IMG/VR virus record: IMGVR_UViG_3300023082_000015
Location: 1 to 47,345 of that record
Source: a virus
Taxonomy: Duplodnaviria; Caudoviricetes
Length of the DNA stretch: 47,345 bases
Reading direction: 5' to 3' (one strand)
In this document: in pieces, positions 9,424 to 18,650 of the stretch
How the letters are laid out: each line of letters begins with the position of its first letter
Numbering within the stretch: position 1 is the stretch's first letter
Position numbers and translations under genes: made by a program
The notes under the pieces: model-generated
What the model was told of the DNA's origin: nothing
Database searches by the model: none
The model's input: the letters and a program-made list of their open reading frames with translations, nothing else

Positions 9424-9466
9424 CAAATAAAAACGGCCCCGGCCGACGTGTACCGGGCGGAGCCGC
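9424..9466 (-). terminator. Intrinsic terminator/attenuator between SSB and polymerase
   Basis: Minus-strand GC hairpin cggctccg..cggggccg followed by TTTTTATTT. Confidence 0.6.
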
Positions 9467-9483
9467 TGTGACAGTGGGTTAAG

Positions 9484-10401
9484 TTACGCGATGTAGCCGG
9501 ATTCGCGCAGGTTCTGTTCGGTCCAGCCAGCGGCCAGGAACGCAGCGTACGTCACGCCCGGTTTCTCAGCGGCAGCTTTCGGCGTCAGCGTCGGGCCAGC
9601 GGCAACCAGGTCGCGCGCCGGGGCTACGGGTGCTGGTGCTGGTGCTGGTGCTGGTGCTGGTGCTGGTGCTGGTGATGGTGCTGCCTGGGGCGCGGGGGCC
9701 GGCGGCGTAGCGCCAGTTGCAGCGGGCGGCACAGTGGTGGCGCCTTCCGGCAGAGCGATACCGACACCGAAACCGGCTTTCGATACGTCCACTTCGCCCC
9801 CACCTTTCATCACCGGGCCGTAGGCAATCAGCGCTACTGCCTGGTGGTTGGCGAACAGGCCCGGGCTTGCGGCCGGGGCGTTGCTCTTGAACTCGGCCAT
9901 CACCTGGACGAAGTAGCCGCGTTTAACGGCGTCCGGCTCGGTCAGCAACGTGCCTTTGGCGTTCAAGTAGTCGAGCACCTTTGGCGCCTGCATGCTGCTG
10001 AAATGGATAATCCAGTGGCCAGGCCAGCCGTCTTTGTCACAGTTCTTGTTGCCCTTCTTGTTCGGAACGGTATCGTCGCCGTCGGCGATTTTCCAGCTGA
10101 AATCCGAACGCTGTGCCTGAGCAGGGAACTCAGCGTGCCCCAGCGCCCAAATAGGCGGGAACATCGCGGAGGCCACGCCGTTGACCAGGCCTTGCAACTG
10201 CTCGCTGGCCCAGTGGGTAACGCCGGGAGTCTTCTTGAAAGCGACACTGAAATCGTAGGTCGCCATAGGTTGGCCGGCATTCGGGCCGGACTTGATCACG
10301 CGCGGGTTGCCCTCGTAATCGGTGGTGTTCGGGACGTACAGCGATCCGCTGACCAGTCGGCCAACTGCTGTGGTGAGCCCGAGGACGGTTACTTCTGCCA
10401 T
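9484..10401 (-). CDS. Single-stranded DNA-binding protein (DUF2815/gp2.5-like)
   Basis: IADGDD, WPGHWII, VKRGYFVQV OB-fold pattern; located between Cas4-like nuclease and Pol. Confidence 0.75.
   Translation of the reverse strand: MAEVTVLGLTTAVGRLVSGSLYVPNTTDYEGNPRVIKSGPNAGQPMATYDFSVAFKKTPGVTHWASEQLQGLVNGVASAMFPPIWALGHAEFPAQAQRSDFSWKIADGDDTVPNKKGNKNCDKDGWPGHWIIHFSSMQAPKVLDYLNAKGTLLTEPDAVKRGYFVQVMAEFKSNAPAASPGLFANHQAVALIAYGPVMKGGGEVDVSKAGFGVGIALPEGATTVPPAATGATPPAPAPQAAPSPAPAPAPAPAPAPAPVAPARDLVAAGPTLTPKAAAEKPGVTYAAFLAAGWTEQNLRESGYIA
9629..9682. repeat. (GGTGCT)n tandem repeat encoding a Pro-Ala linker
   Basis: 7 perfect units, then GGTGAT, then 1 more unit. Confidence 0.9.
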
Positions 10402-10405
10402 GGTG

Positions 10406-11572
10406 TCATTGCTCCAGATTTACGCCGAACCCAGCACGGGCACGGTTGAGTAGGTTGGTGTCGCGGGCCAGTTTTACGCCGGTCCTTGGGGTGTGACTGT
10501 ATTCGTAGATGACACTCGCGTCAACTCCTTTTTTCGCTGCAAGTTTCACAGCCTGCAAAGGAGTCACCGCAGCTTCCGGTTTGCGCAGATCAACGCCGCA
10601 CATATCGCCAACGGCGATAACCTGGGCCTCGTCGCCTTCCTTCCAGGATTGCCGGCCATACGTTGGTTCTAGGCACCAATCGGCAACCACTTCGCCACGC
10701 TTGAGCCTCGCGGTAACGTCAGCCTCGCGACCTTGCAGCCTGGCTTTGACGAGCACCTGCACGTGTTCCAGCAACCCCAGCTCATACGCGGCGCTATCCG
10801 CGTCGAGAGACTCCGGCGCCGATCCGCCCACAAAGTCCACGGCTGCCCAGGTCGCCCGCTTGAGCGTCGGGCAATGCGCCGCCGCCTTGCAGTGGAGGCA
10901 GTGCGGGCCGCTCAGTGTGTGCGGATGCGGGCCCATTGCCTCGTGCGCGGCATCGCGCAGCTTGTTGAAGTAGCCGCGCAAGTCACTGGCCCGCACGCGC
11001 CACGACCGAACCCGGCCATCACGGTGGTAGGCCCGCGGCTGCACGACGCGCATGTCGACCCACAGTTCCTGGTCGTTGCGCCCGTCGATGCCGAGCAAGT
11101 CCAGAATGCCGCAGGTGTAGGCGATCAGCTGCCAGTTCTCGACGTGCTCGACGATACCGTGGCCGAATTTGTAGTCCCACACGTACAGGGTGCCGATTGA
11201 CGGAACGTACAACCAGGTGTCGGGCGTGCCGAAGGCTTCCTCGTGAATCCGTGGCATCGCAACACGCTGCTCGACCTGCAGTTCCTCCAATGGCGTGCCC
11301 GTGGTGATACAGACCGTCAGCACGTCCGTGGTCCACATCGATGCGCCTTCGAGCATCTCGTCGGTCAGCACGACACCGTTGGGCGCCTTGTCGCCAGTGG
11401 CAACCGGACGGCCCAAGAGTTCCTCGGAGCCAGCGTGGTGCGACGCGGTGCCCTCGGCTGCGGCTTCGTCTTCCTCTTGCTCAGGGTAGCGCGCCTCAAG
11501 CGGCACCGAACCGGGGCACGGCTGCCACCGATAGGCGCTCGACGGCGCGAGGGGAGAGTGGGCGCTGATCAT
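10406..11572 (-). CDS. Cas4-like/DUF2800 PD-(D/E)XK exonuclease
   Basis: HSPLAPSS..CPGS, EGTASH, GTPD, WDYKFG, Q..Y, C-terminal CxxC..C cluster. Confidence 0.88.
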   Translation of the reverse strand: MISAHSPLAPSSAYRWQPCPGSVPLEARYPEQEEDEAAAEGTASHHAGSEELLGRPVATGDKAPNGVVLTDEMLEGASMWTTDVLTVCITTGTPLEELQVEQRVAMPRIHEEAFGTPDTWLYVPSIGTLYVWDYKFGHGIVEHVENWQLIAYTCGILDLLGIDGRNDQELWVDMRVVQPRAYHRDGRVRSWRVRASDLRGYFNKLRDAAHEAMGPHPHTLSGPHCLHCKAAAHCPTLKRATWAAVDFVGGSAPESLDADSAAYELGLLEHVQVLVKARLQGREADVTARLKRGEVVADWCLEPTYGRQSWKEGDEAQVIAVGDMCGVDLRKPEAAVTPLQAVKLAAKKGVDASVIYEYSHTPRTGVKLARDTNLLNRARAGFGVNLEQ

Positions 11573-11772
11573 GGCTCAAACCCTGGCTGCAACTGATAGT
11601 CGTCAGGCACCACCTTGTAATACCGAGGCGCGGTAAAGCCCGGGCCGTTGATAGAGTTGTTGATGACGTTGCAGATTTGCTTCAGCGTCGCTTCCGGCAG
11701 AATCGGCAACCCTGTTACGAATTTCTCGTCGGGGTAATCGCCGCCAAGGTTATCAGTGTGGATAATTTTCAT
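11569..11772 (-). CDS. Hypothetical protein
   Basis: GGAGG RBS; ATGA coupling. Confidence 0.6.
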   Translation of the reverse strand: MKIIHTDNLGGDYPDEKFVTGLPILPEATLKQICNVINNSINGPGFTAPRYYKVVPDDYQLQPGFEP

Positions 11773-11822
11773 CTGCTGCACCTCCGGGCAAATGGGGCAG
11801 CTCGCGCCACCCCGTATTATTT

Positions 11823-12776
11823 TTAGCACTTGAGACCTTCAACAACTGCCGGGATCAGGTCCGGGCGTTTCGCCAGGTCCGGGATCGACGTCAGGCCGAC
11901 TTTCTGCACCTGGACCATGACTTTGCCCTGGTCGATTTTGTTGCTCACCAGGTAACGGGTAAAGTCAGCAAACGTCATAGCACCAGGAGCCGCAGGCGCA
12001 GCAGCGGTCGCCGAAGGCGGTGTCGGTGCAGCGGGAGCAGACGGCGCGGCTGGGGCTGGCGCCGGGGCGGACACGCTCCCCGTAGTAGCCGTAGGTGCAC
12101 CCATCACTGCCCGCAGTTCGGCTTCGATCTGCTCTTTGTATCCGGCGGCTAAGTTCTTGCGGGTCTTCCACTTTCCCGTTGCGGCCTTGCGCACGGTAGC
12201 GTCGGAGTGGATACGGCTATCCCACGGCAGGCCGTCCGCGTCCAGCTCTACGCTCGAGCCATTCGCGGCGGGCGGAACAGGCGCAGGGGCTGGGGCCGGA
12301 CTGGAGGCACCAGGAGCAGCGGCCAAAGGGCGTTGTTCGGTCACCGGGATCAGGTAGCCGTCTTGCACGAGTAGGTCAATGGTCCAGCCAGCGGCTTCGA
12401 GGGCAGCTTGCTCGAACGCGGCGTTGGCGCCGGCGTAGTCCGGGTTGCGTTCGTGGCCGGTAACCACGGTTTCGTACTGGACCGGGTTGAGGTCGGCTTG
12501 TGTGATTACAGCAGCTTCGGCGGTTTCTACGTCCTGTTCGAGCGTGGTATCAACCGTGACGTTACCGTTCACGGCCTCGACAACCGACTTTGCGGTGACG
12601 TCTTCCGGCAAATTCACCGTAACGACCGGTTCACCGACGTAGGCTTCGAGCATAGGTCCGCGCACTTCAGCGTGGATTACCTCGGACTGCGCGGCCAGGT
12701 CGGACAAGAAAGCGGAACCCAAGCGCAGGGCGGTGGCGGACAACGGGAGGGACAGATTGATCATGTTGGTACTCAC
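11823..12776 (-). CDS. Pro/Ala-rich conserved replication-module protein
   Basis: DADGLPWDSRIHS motif and PAPA linkers. Confidence 0.75.
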   Translation of the reverse strand: MSTNMINLSLPLSATALRLGSAFLSDLAAQSEVIHAEVRGPMLEAYVGEPVVTVNLPEDVTAKSVVEAVNGNVTVDTTLEQDVETAEAAVITQADLNPVQYETVVTGHERNPDYAGANAAFEQAALEAAGWTIDLLVQDGYLIPVTEQRPLAAAPGASSPAPAPAPVPPAANGSSVELDADGLPWDSRIHSDATVRKAATGKWKTRKNLAAGYKEQIEAELRAVMGAPTATTGSVSAPAPAPAAPSAPAAPTPPSATAAAPAAPGAMTFADFTRYLVSNKIDQGKVMVQVQKVGLTSIPDLAKRPDLIPAVVEGLKC

Positions 12777-13033
12777 TTGATTTGGATGTGGGAAAGGCTG
12801 TAGTTCTGGCTGCCGGAGTACCGAGCATCGCGGTACAGCTTCTCGGCCTTGCGGGCACGTTTGACCGCAGCGGCTTCAATACGTGCCGCCTGGATCGGGT
12901 CGGCAATACCGGCGTGCCAGTAACGTGGATTTTCTGGCGGGTGACCGGAACGGGCAAATGGGTTAACGCGGCTTCGGCGCAGGACGCTTTGTGTAGCCAG
13001 CCCCCAGGCTGAGTTGAGCCAAGATCGAATCAT
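12773..13033 (-). CDS. Hypothetical basic protein
   Basis: First ORF after the leftward promoter; GGAG RBS. Confidence 0.6.
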   Translation of the reverse strand: MIRSWLNSAWGLATQSVLRRSRVNPFARSGHPPENPRYWHAGIADPIQAARIEAAAVKRARKAEKLYRDARYSGSQNYSLSHIQIK

Positions 13034-13070
13034 GGTGTTTCTCCGTGGGTTTGTGTTGCGATGTGCTGGG

Positions 13071-13100
13071 ATTGTGGTTACAGTTGACGCCTATGTCAAC
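13071..13100 (-). promoter_or_regulatory. Leftward promoter with perfect operator palindrome
   Basis: Minus strand TTGACA-N17-CACAAT; GTTGAC-gcctat-GTCAAC at 13083-13100, at the divergence point of the two early arms. Confidence 0.75.
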
Positions 13101-13120
13101 CCCTACGGAAATAGAAAGAC

Positions 13121-13468
13121 ATGAACGATCGTGAATTACTGGAGCTAGCAGCAAAAGCTTGCGGGTTTACAATTAACCATCCGTGGAACAAGAGCCGCCT
13201 TTTAATGGACCCCCCGGTTATCGCCTTGGTAGTACACAAAGGTGGGGAAGTAGTGCATACCGCTTGGAACCCGCTGACTGATAACAGCGCTGCCTTATCT
13301 CTAGCCAACAGGCTGTGCTTAGATATTCTTTTTTACCCCGGTGACGAAGTGGTAGCAGCGACCGAGGCAGGTTACGAATCCGGTGAACAATTTTCGCGGG
13401 GCGACGACTGCTCAGCATTGCGTCGTGCAATCACCCGTACTGCCGCAGCTATCGGTGCTGCCCTGTGA
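13121..13468 (+). CDS. Conserved phage hypothetical protein
   Basis: DRELLELAAKA..WNPLTD..A..LA..RRAITR.AA pattern common in phages. Confidence 0.75.
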   Translation: MNDRELLELAAKACGFTINHPWNKSRLLMDPPVIALVVHKGGEVVHTAWNPLTDNSAALSLANRLCLDILFYPGDEVVAATEAGYESGEQFSRGDDCSALRRAITRTAAAIGAAL

Positions 13469-15300
13469 CAGCGTTTCCCTCAGCCGCCACCGGTGCCGCC
13501 GCAGCCGTACGGCGCGTGTACGCGCCAAAGCTCCGCTGGTATCAGCAAGAGCTTAAGCAAGCCGCCAACGACGCGTGGGCCGCATTGGGACCAAAATCTA
13601 ACGTGCTTGCTGTGCTGCCTTGCGGCGGGGGCAAAACCGTCCTGTTCGGCTCGATCGTGGCCGAGCACACGGGCAGCGCTTGCCTCATCGCGCACCGGGC
13701 CGAGCTAGTGCAACAAATCAGCCTGACCCTGGCGCGGTTCGGGATTCGCCATCGATTGCTCGCCCCCGACGAAACGGTTCGCTATATCTGCAAACTCCAC
13801 CTTGAAAAGCTCGGTATGTGCTTTTTCGATCCGTCCGCACGAGTCGGGGTTGCATCGGTTCAGTCCTTGACGCCGAGCCGGGTCGCGCGTGAATCAAAAT
13901 TCATTCACCAGTGCTCGCTGTGGGTAACCGACGAAGCGCATCACTGCCAGAAAGACAACACCTGGGGTAAAGCCGCCCTGTTGTTCACCAACGCAAAAGG
14001 ACTGGGGGTAACAGCTACACCTATCCGGGCAGATGGCGGTGGCCTGGGCCGGCACGCCTCGGGCATTTTCGACAAGATGGTGGTTGGCCCCACAATGCGC
14101 GAATTGATAGATTGGGGATACCTGGTCGATTACCGTGTGATCGTAGCGGAAACGCACATTGACCTTGCTGGCGTTTCTGTGGGCAAGGAGGGCGACTACG
14201 TCCTCGACCGCGGCAAAGGCAAAGCGGCTGTACGCAAATCGTCTCTCGTGGGTGACGTGGTGAACACCTACCAGAAGCACGCCGACGGCAAACAGTTCAT
14301 CTGCTTTACCAGTGATTTAGAGACTGCCGAGGACATCGCCGAGAAATTCCGCGCAGCCGGCATCTCAGCCAAAGCGGTCGACGGCAACACGCCCGCAACT
14401 GAGCGTGACCAGGCAATGCGCGAGTTCGAGTCCCGGCAGATCCGCGGACTGGTGAATATGGGACTGTTCGGGGAGGGCGTCGACGTTGCGGGTTGCGAGC
14501 TTGTAATCGGCGCCCGAAAAACCATGAGCTTCAACGTCCATGCGCAGCAGTTTTCCCGCATGGGGCGACTCGACATCCTGAACGAGCTGATGGCCGAGTG
14601 GGACAGCTTCAGCGTTTACGAGCGTTTGCAGCACATCGCCGTCAGCCGCAAGCCTATTGGCATGTTCATCGACCATGTAGGCAACTGCCTTGACCCGCGC
14701 CTCGGGCTGCCCGATGCGAAATCGGATTGGACACTCGACGACCAGGAGCGCAAGTCGAGCAGCGGCCCAACCGACGTCATTCCAAACCGCGCCTGCCTCA
14801 ACCCAGTCTGCCTGTCGCCGTACTCTCGCGCGCTGCCGGCGTGCCCGTACTGCGGAACGAAACCGGTACCGACACCTGGCCGCACGGGCGCCGAAGCCGT
14901 GGACGGCGATATGACTGAGCTGGAACCGGCGCTGCTGGCCGCCATGCGTAACGCCGTGGCCGCCGTGGCCATGCCGAACGATGTGTATCGGGAACAACAG
15001 CACATACGCAGCCTGCCCGCCGCCTGGGCCGGGAGCAACGTCAAGAAACACGACGCGCACCGCACCGCCCAGGTTGAGCTGCAGTCGGCTATGGCGTGGT
15101 GGGCCGGCGAGCACCGAGCGCTCGGGCGCAGTGACTCGGAGATTTTCCGCCGGTTCTACCTAACGTTCGGCGTCGACTGGCTCACGTGCCAGGCGCAGGA
15201 CCGCGAGGCCATGAACAAGCTGTACGGTTGGATCGTCGAGCGCCTGTCGGAAACTTCGGTGGCGATGATGTGGCAAGAGTTGACACAAGCGTCAGCGTGA
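13465..15300 (+). CDS. SF2 (DEAH) helicase with C-terminal Zn ribbon
   Basis: PCGGGKT, DEAHH, TATP, FGEGVDV, CLNPVC..CPYCG. Confidence 0.92.
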   Translation: MTAFPSAATGAAAAVRRVYAPKLRWYQQELKQAANDAWAALGPKSNVLAVLPCGGGKTVLFGSIVAEHTGSACLIAHRAELVQQISLTLARFGIRHRLLAPDETVRYICKLHLEKLGMCFFDPSARVGVASVQSLTPSRVARESKFIHQCSLWVTDEAHHCQKDNTWGKAALLFTNAKGLGVTATPIRADGGGLGRHASGIFDKMVVGPTMRELIDWGYLVDYRVIVAETHIDLAGVSVGKEGDYVLDRGKGKAAVRKSSLVGDVVNTYQKHADGKQFICFTSDLETAEDIAEKFRAAGISAKAVDGNTPATERDQAMREFESRQIRGLVNMGLFGEGVDVAGCELVIGARKTMSFNVHAQQFSRMGRLDILNELMAEWDSFSVYERLQHIAVSRKPIGMFIDHVGNCLDPRLGLPDAKSDWTLDDQERKSSSGPTDVIPNRACLNPVCLSPYSRALPACPYCGTKPVPTPGRTGAEAVDGDMTELEPALLAAMRNAVAAVAMPNDVYREQQHIRSLPAAWAGSNVKKHDAHRTAQVELQSAMAWWAGEHRALGRSDSEIFRRFYLTFGVDWLTCQAQDREAMNKLYGWIVERLSETSVAMMWQELTQASA

Positions 15301-15308
15301 CTAATACT
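15279..15308 (+). promoter_or_regulatory. Promoter with operator
   Basis: TTGACA-N17-AATACT; GTTGAC-acaagc-GTCAGC. Confidence 0.65.
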
Positions 15309-15351
15309 GACCACATCGCCGGATAAACCGGCTGAACTGGAGCACATACGC

Positions 15352-15675
15352 ATGAAAACGCAATACGGACGGGGCCCGTGGGCATCTGACGAGGCCGAAC
15401 ACGATTGCCCCTTGCAAAACATCACAATCCGAGACGCACTCGGTTCAAGTATTTGCCGGGTGTTCATAGACGACGCGCCGGTGCTTGACTACAACTCTCG
15501 CCAAATGGCGAACAAAAAACTGATCCTGGCAGCACCAGCCATGGCCGAGCTTTTGAATTCTATTAGCAACTGGCTCGTTTGCTCGGCGATTGCTACTCCT
15601 GAAGATATGGCGCAGAGCTTTGCCCCTTTCCAACAAGAAATAGACCGTTTGTTGGTCAAGGCGGGATGCCAATGA
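15352..15675 (+). CDS. Hypothetical protein
   Basis: GPW..N..LI.AAP..ELL pattern common in phages; GGAG RBS. Confidence 0.7.
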   Translation: MKTQYGRGPWASDEAEHDCPLQNITIRDALGSSICRVFIDDAPVLDYNSRQMANKKLILAAPAMAELLNSISNWLVCSAIATPEDMAQSFAPFQQEIDRLLVKAGCQ

Positions 15676-16091
15676 TCACCGAAGCCCAACGACGCGCCCT
15701 GTTCGCACTGCGTGAAGCTCTGCACCTGTGTGATGCCGCGCGGGTTACTGTTTCCGCGTCCGCCGACTTGGTAGTACAAGTTTGCCTGTGGGACGAAAAA
15801 TTCGACTTGATAGCCGACGAGAGCAGCAATTCGGAAGACCTGATGTCAAAGGACGTCGACCGGCTTCTCGGACAGCAGCCCGAGTCTATCGAACACAATT
15901 TCCAGGTCGGCCAAAACCTTATCTGCCGTCGAGTGCCGGATCGCCATGAGGGCTACTTTACTCCGGGCAAAAATTACCGGGTTTCGGCACTCGACGGCAG
16001 CGATACCGGCTTACCACTCCTGATGACTTGTAACTCAAAAATCACATTGTGGTGTGAGTCTTCTGCTTTCGAGGCGCACCCCGATGCCTAA
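15672..16091 (+). CDS. Hypothetical protein
   Basis: ATGA coupling. Confidence 0.65.
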   Translation: MITEAQRRALFALREALHLCDAARVTVSASADLVVQVCLWDEKFDLIADESSNSEDLMSKDVDRLLGQQPESIEHNFQVGQNLICRRVPDRHEGYFTPGKNYRVSALDGSDTGLPLLMTCNSKITLWCESSAFEAHPDA

Positions 16092-16479
16092 CCCTGTCAA
16101 ATACCCCGACGAAACAGTCGAAGCGGCATATGCCCTGCGTCGCACCGGCGCGAAGTGGTCAGTGGTTCACGCCACGTTCGGCCCGGGCATCGAAACGGCA
16201 GTGCGGCGCCTGATGGCCCGTGACCGCAAGCGCGCCAGTCGTGCCGCCATCGGCTCACGTATCGAGCTGCCGTTGCCCGAGGGCACCGCTGCGGCTCTTG
16301 AGCGTATCTGTGCGGCCGCTGGCGACGAAGCCGTGGCGCTGCTGTCGCAACAGATCCACAAACTCGACCAGTTGCTGGCCGGCGACCGTGCCGCGTTTGA
16401 TGCGTGGGTGCGGTACGGCACGCAGGTGGGCGACCTGTCGAAATACATTGAACGCATTGGGGCGGATAGTGATGAATGA
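16084..16479 (+). CDS. Hypothetical protein (possible DNA-binding)
   Basis: GAGG RBS; basic helical N-terminus. Confidence 0.6.
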   Translation: MPNPVKYPDETVEAAYALRRTGAKWSVVHATFGPGIETAVRRLMARDRKRASRAAIGSRIELPLPEGTAAALERICAAAGDEAVALLSQQIHKLDQLLAGDRAAFDAWVRYGTQVGDLSKYIERIGADSDE

Positions 16480-16738
16480 TATTTTAAAAGAAATACCGGC
16501 AAGCCTGCGAGACGAAACCGGCATGGGTGGAGGCGTTTGCATCTGGCGAAAGGACCGATCCGAAGAGTACTTCCACCCGGGTACGGTCGGTGATTTTCTG
16601 CTCGACAAGGCTCACCAAAGTGACGAATGGCGCATCGACGGTGGGTGGGGAGGACCACCGGGGCCTATCGTGGTCAGGTGGAACCCAGACGGGTACTGGC
16701 AAAACGGTGGTTTGTGCGGACGCCTACTGAATGACTGA
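16472..16738 (+). CDS. Hypothetical protein
   Basis: Overlaps the stop of the previous gene. Confidence 0.5.
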   Translation: MNDILKEIPASLRDETGMGGGVCIWRKDRSEEYFHPGTVGDFLLDKAHQSDEWRIDGGWGGPPGPIVVRWNPDGYWQNGGLCGRLLND

Positions 16739-16888
16739 CGCAGCCGGCAAACCGTGCCCGTTGTGCCGCGAGCCTATGTCGAACCTGACGTCGCAATATC
16801 GGCGCGTGTGCACCAACGGCAAATGTGGCCACGTTGAGCACTGGCCGCTGAATCCGGGGCAGAAGCCCCTCTACGGGAATAATCGAGC

Positions 16889-17215
16889 ATGAACAGTCGA
16901 GAGCAGTTTGATAAATTTGTCGAAGAAAAGGGCTTGGCGCGTTGCGTCTCCGGTAAAAGCGACGAGGACCGCGGCCTGGTGGCTTTCTGGCTGTTCTGGC
17001 AAGCCTCCCGCGCCTGTGCAACCCCTGAGTGGGAACACGCTCCGGACTGGGCCAACTGGCTCGCCATGGACGTCGAGGGCCGCTGGTACTGGTTCGCGGA
17101 GAAGCCCGAGCAGCGTTCCGCCACCTGGGCCAACGGTTGGGCAACTCGTGTAAGTGAAGCCGGTCTCACACCTGGCCGCAGCGGCTGGGCCGAAACACTG
17201 GAGCCGCGCCCATGA
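16889..17215 (+). CDS. Hypothetical Trp-rich protein
   Basis: W..APDWANWLAMD..G.WYWF..KP..W.ETLEPRP phage motif. Confidence 0.7.
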   Translation: MNSREQFDKFVEEKGLARCVSGKSDEDRGLVAFWLFWQASRACATPEWEHAPDWANWLAMDVEGRWYWFAEKPEQRSATWANGWATRVSEAGLTPGRSGWAETLEPRP

Positions 17216-17700
17216 TCGAATTGATGCAGTGGGCCGCTCAGTGGGGCGTGTCGATCGATGCAGTGCGCGACCTGGAACGCCGGTTCGGCGTGGCGCCGGA
17301 GTTGCACCAGCTGCCCGACCCGCAACCGGGGCGCAGCGAGGCCGCCGTCTCCGCTGATGCGGTGCGCCAGGCGCGCGAGTTGCACGGGGCGTATTGCTGG
17401 CGCAACAACTCCGGGGCGTACACCGACGACAAGGGCAACCACGTACGGTACGGCCTGGGCAACATCAGCAAGCAGGTCAACGACGTGATGAAAACGTCCG
17501 ACTACATCGGCATATGGCCGTTCCACATCCGCCCCGAACACGTCGGGCAAACCGTGGGCCAGTTCTACGCCCGTGAGGACAAGCCCGAGGGCTGGGTGTT
17601 TACCGGGCAGGGCCGCGAGCGGGGCCAGATGACGTTCGGTGAGCTGGTGGTGCGTTTGGGCGGCCGGTTCCACTTCCACGCGGGAGGGCCGCTCGTATGA
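17212..17700 (+). CDS. VRR-NUC-like nuclease / resolvase
   Basis: SEAAV, WRNNSGA, VRYGL, SDYIG, REDK, Q..F..V..LGG. Confidence 0.75.
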   Translation: MIELMQWAAQWGVSIDAVRDLERRFGVAPELHQLPDPQPGRSEAAVSADAVRQARELHGAYCWRNNSGAYTDDKGNHVRYGLGNISKQVNDVMKTSDYIGIWPFHIRPEHVGQTVGQFYAREDKPEGWVFTGQGRERGQMTFGELVVRLGGRFHFHAGGPLV

Positions 17701-17930
17701 TCTACTTAACGGATTACAACCCCAACACCCTGGCCTGCACGGGCGCCTCGGCCGACTCAGGCTTCAGCACGTTCGACGAGGTGCGCCAGCTGATGGGCGA
17801 GCCGCAGATGTCGCACGCGCGCATGCTGACGTACCCGGGCGGGGTGTGCTTTACCGACTTTGCCCTGTCCTTGACGCCCGTGTCACCTCTGTGCAACACT
17901 GCGCCAAATACCGTACAGAGTAACGAATGA
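17697..17930 (+). CDS. Hypothetical protein
   Basis: ATGA overlaps at both ends. Confidence 0.5.
   Translation: MIYLTDYNPNTLACTGASADSGFSTFDEVRQLMGEPQMSHARMLTYPGGVCFTDFALSLTPVSPLCNTAPNTVQSNE
17870..17900 (+). promoter_or_regulatory. Operator/promoter upstream of TetR-like gene
   Basis: CTTGAC-gcccgt-GTCACC; TTGACG-N18-AACACT. Confidence 0.55.
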
Positions 17931-18163
17931 TGGCCTATAACCCTTCGAGCGACACCCTGCGCAAACACCGCGAGCGCCTCCTGGGCATTGCGATGCAGCA
18001 CGCTATAGCCACCGGCCTGCGCAGCCTCAACCGTGCCAAGATCGCAGCCGAAGCCGGCGTAAGCCTTGGCGTGGTCAGCTGCGCACTGGGCAAGCGCGAC
18101 GAGATGACCCAGCTGGTGATGGACACCGCACGGTCGCAAGGCGTCGAACTGAAATACGCGTAA
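17927..18163 (+). CDS. TetR-like HTH transcriptional regulator (DNA-binding domain only)
   Basis: RERLLGIA..G.RSLNRAKIAAEAGVSLGVV matches the TetR N-terminal HTH. Confidence 0.75.
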   Translation: MMAYNPSSDTLRKHRERLLGIAMQHAIATGLRSLNRAKIAAEAGVSLGVVSCALGKRDEMTQLVMDTARSQGVELKYA

Positions 18164-18166
18164 CGA

Positions 18167-18195
18167 CCTGGCCGACGTACGGCCGGGTTTATTTT
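18167..18195 (+). terminator. Intrinsic terminator
   Basis: cctggccg-acgta-cggccggg followed by TTTATTTT. Confidence 0.7.
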
Positions 18196-18204
18196 CGTGG
18201 GTAA

Positions 18205-18234
18205 GTTGACACAAGCGGCAACCGAGTAGAGACT
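18205..18234 (+). promoter_or_regulatory. Promoter with operator
   Basis: TTGACA-N17-GAGACT; GTTGAC-acaagc-GGCAAC. Confidence 0.65.
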
Positions 18235-18266
18235 GGGCTTACCGAAACGAACTGGAGCAGCAGAGC

Positions 18267-18458
18267 ATGAAATACCAAGTCAGCGACGCACTGAAAGTCC
18301 TCAGTATCTGGTTTCAACGTGAGGCAAAACACGGGTGCAGACTGTCCCGTAAAAGCGTACTTCGTTGCAGGGCCGTCGGCCTAGTCAATCATGATCGGAT
18401 GTTGACGGGATCTCGTGAGGTATTCAGCGGCATTTTTACTAAACGCGTCGATCAGTGA
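18267..18458 (+). CDS. Small early hypothetical protein
   Basis: GAACTGGAGCA leader/RBS. Confidence 0.6.
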   Translation: MKYQVSDALKVLSIWFQREAKHGCRLSRKSVLRCRAVGLVNHDRMLTGSREVFSGIFTKRVDQ

Positions 18459-18488
18459 CCGTCACAATTAATTACTGGAGTTAAACCT

Positions 18489-18650
18489 ATGTCACGCGCT
18501 GAACTGGCCCGACTGGCCGACGATGTTTACGGCTACTGCTACTGTCACTTCTCGCTGCGCACGTACGACCGTGACATGCGACAGGTGACTTTCGTGTTCG
18601 ACGACGAGTCGAGCATCACGCTGAATATTCGCTACGAGGTGGCATTGTGA
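18489..18650 (+). CDS. Hypothetical 53-aa protein (not in ORF track)
   Basis: GGAG RBS; MSRAELARLADDVYG..; GTGA coupling. Confidence 0.55.
   Translation: MSRAELARLADDVYGYCYCHFSLRTYDRDMRQVTFVFDDESSITLNIRYEVAL

Noticed and set aside
10406-11572. Cas4 as part of a CRISPR system
   Set aside because: No repeat-spacer array or other cas genes; this is the usual phage replication-module exonuclease.
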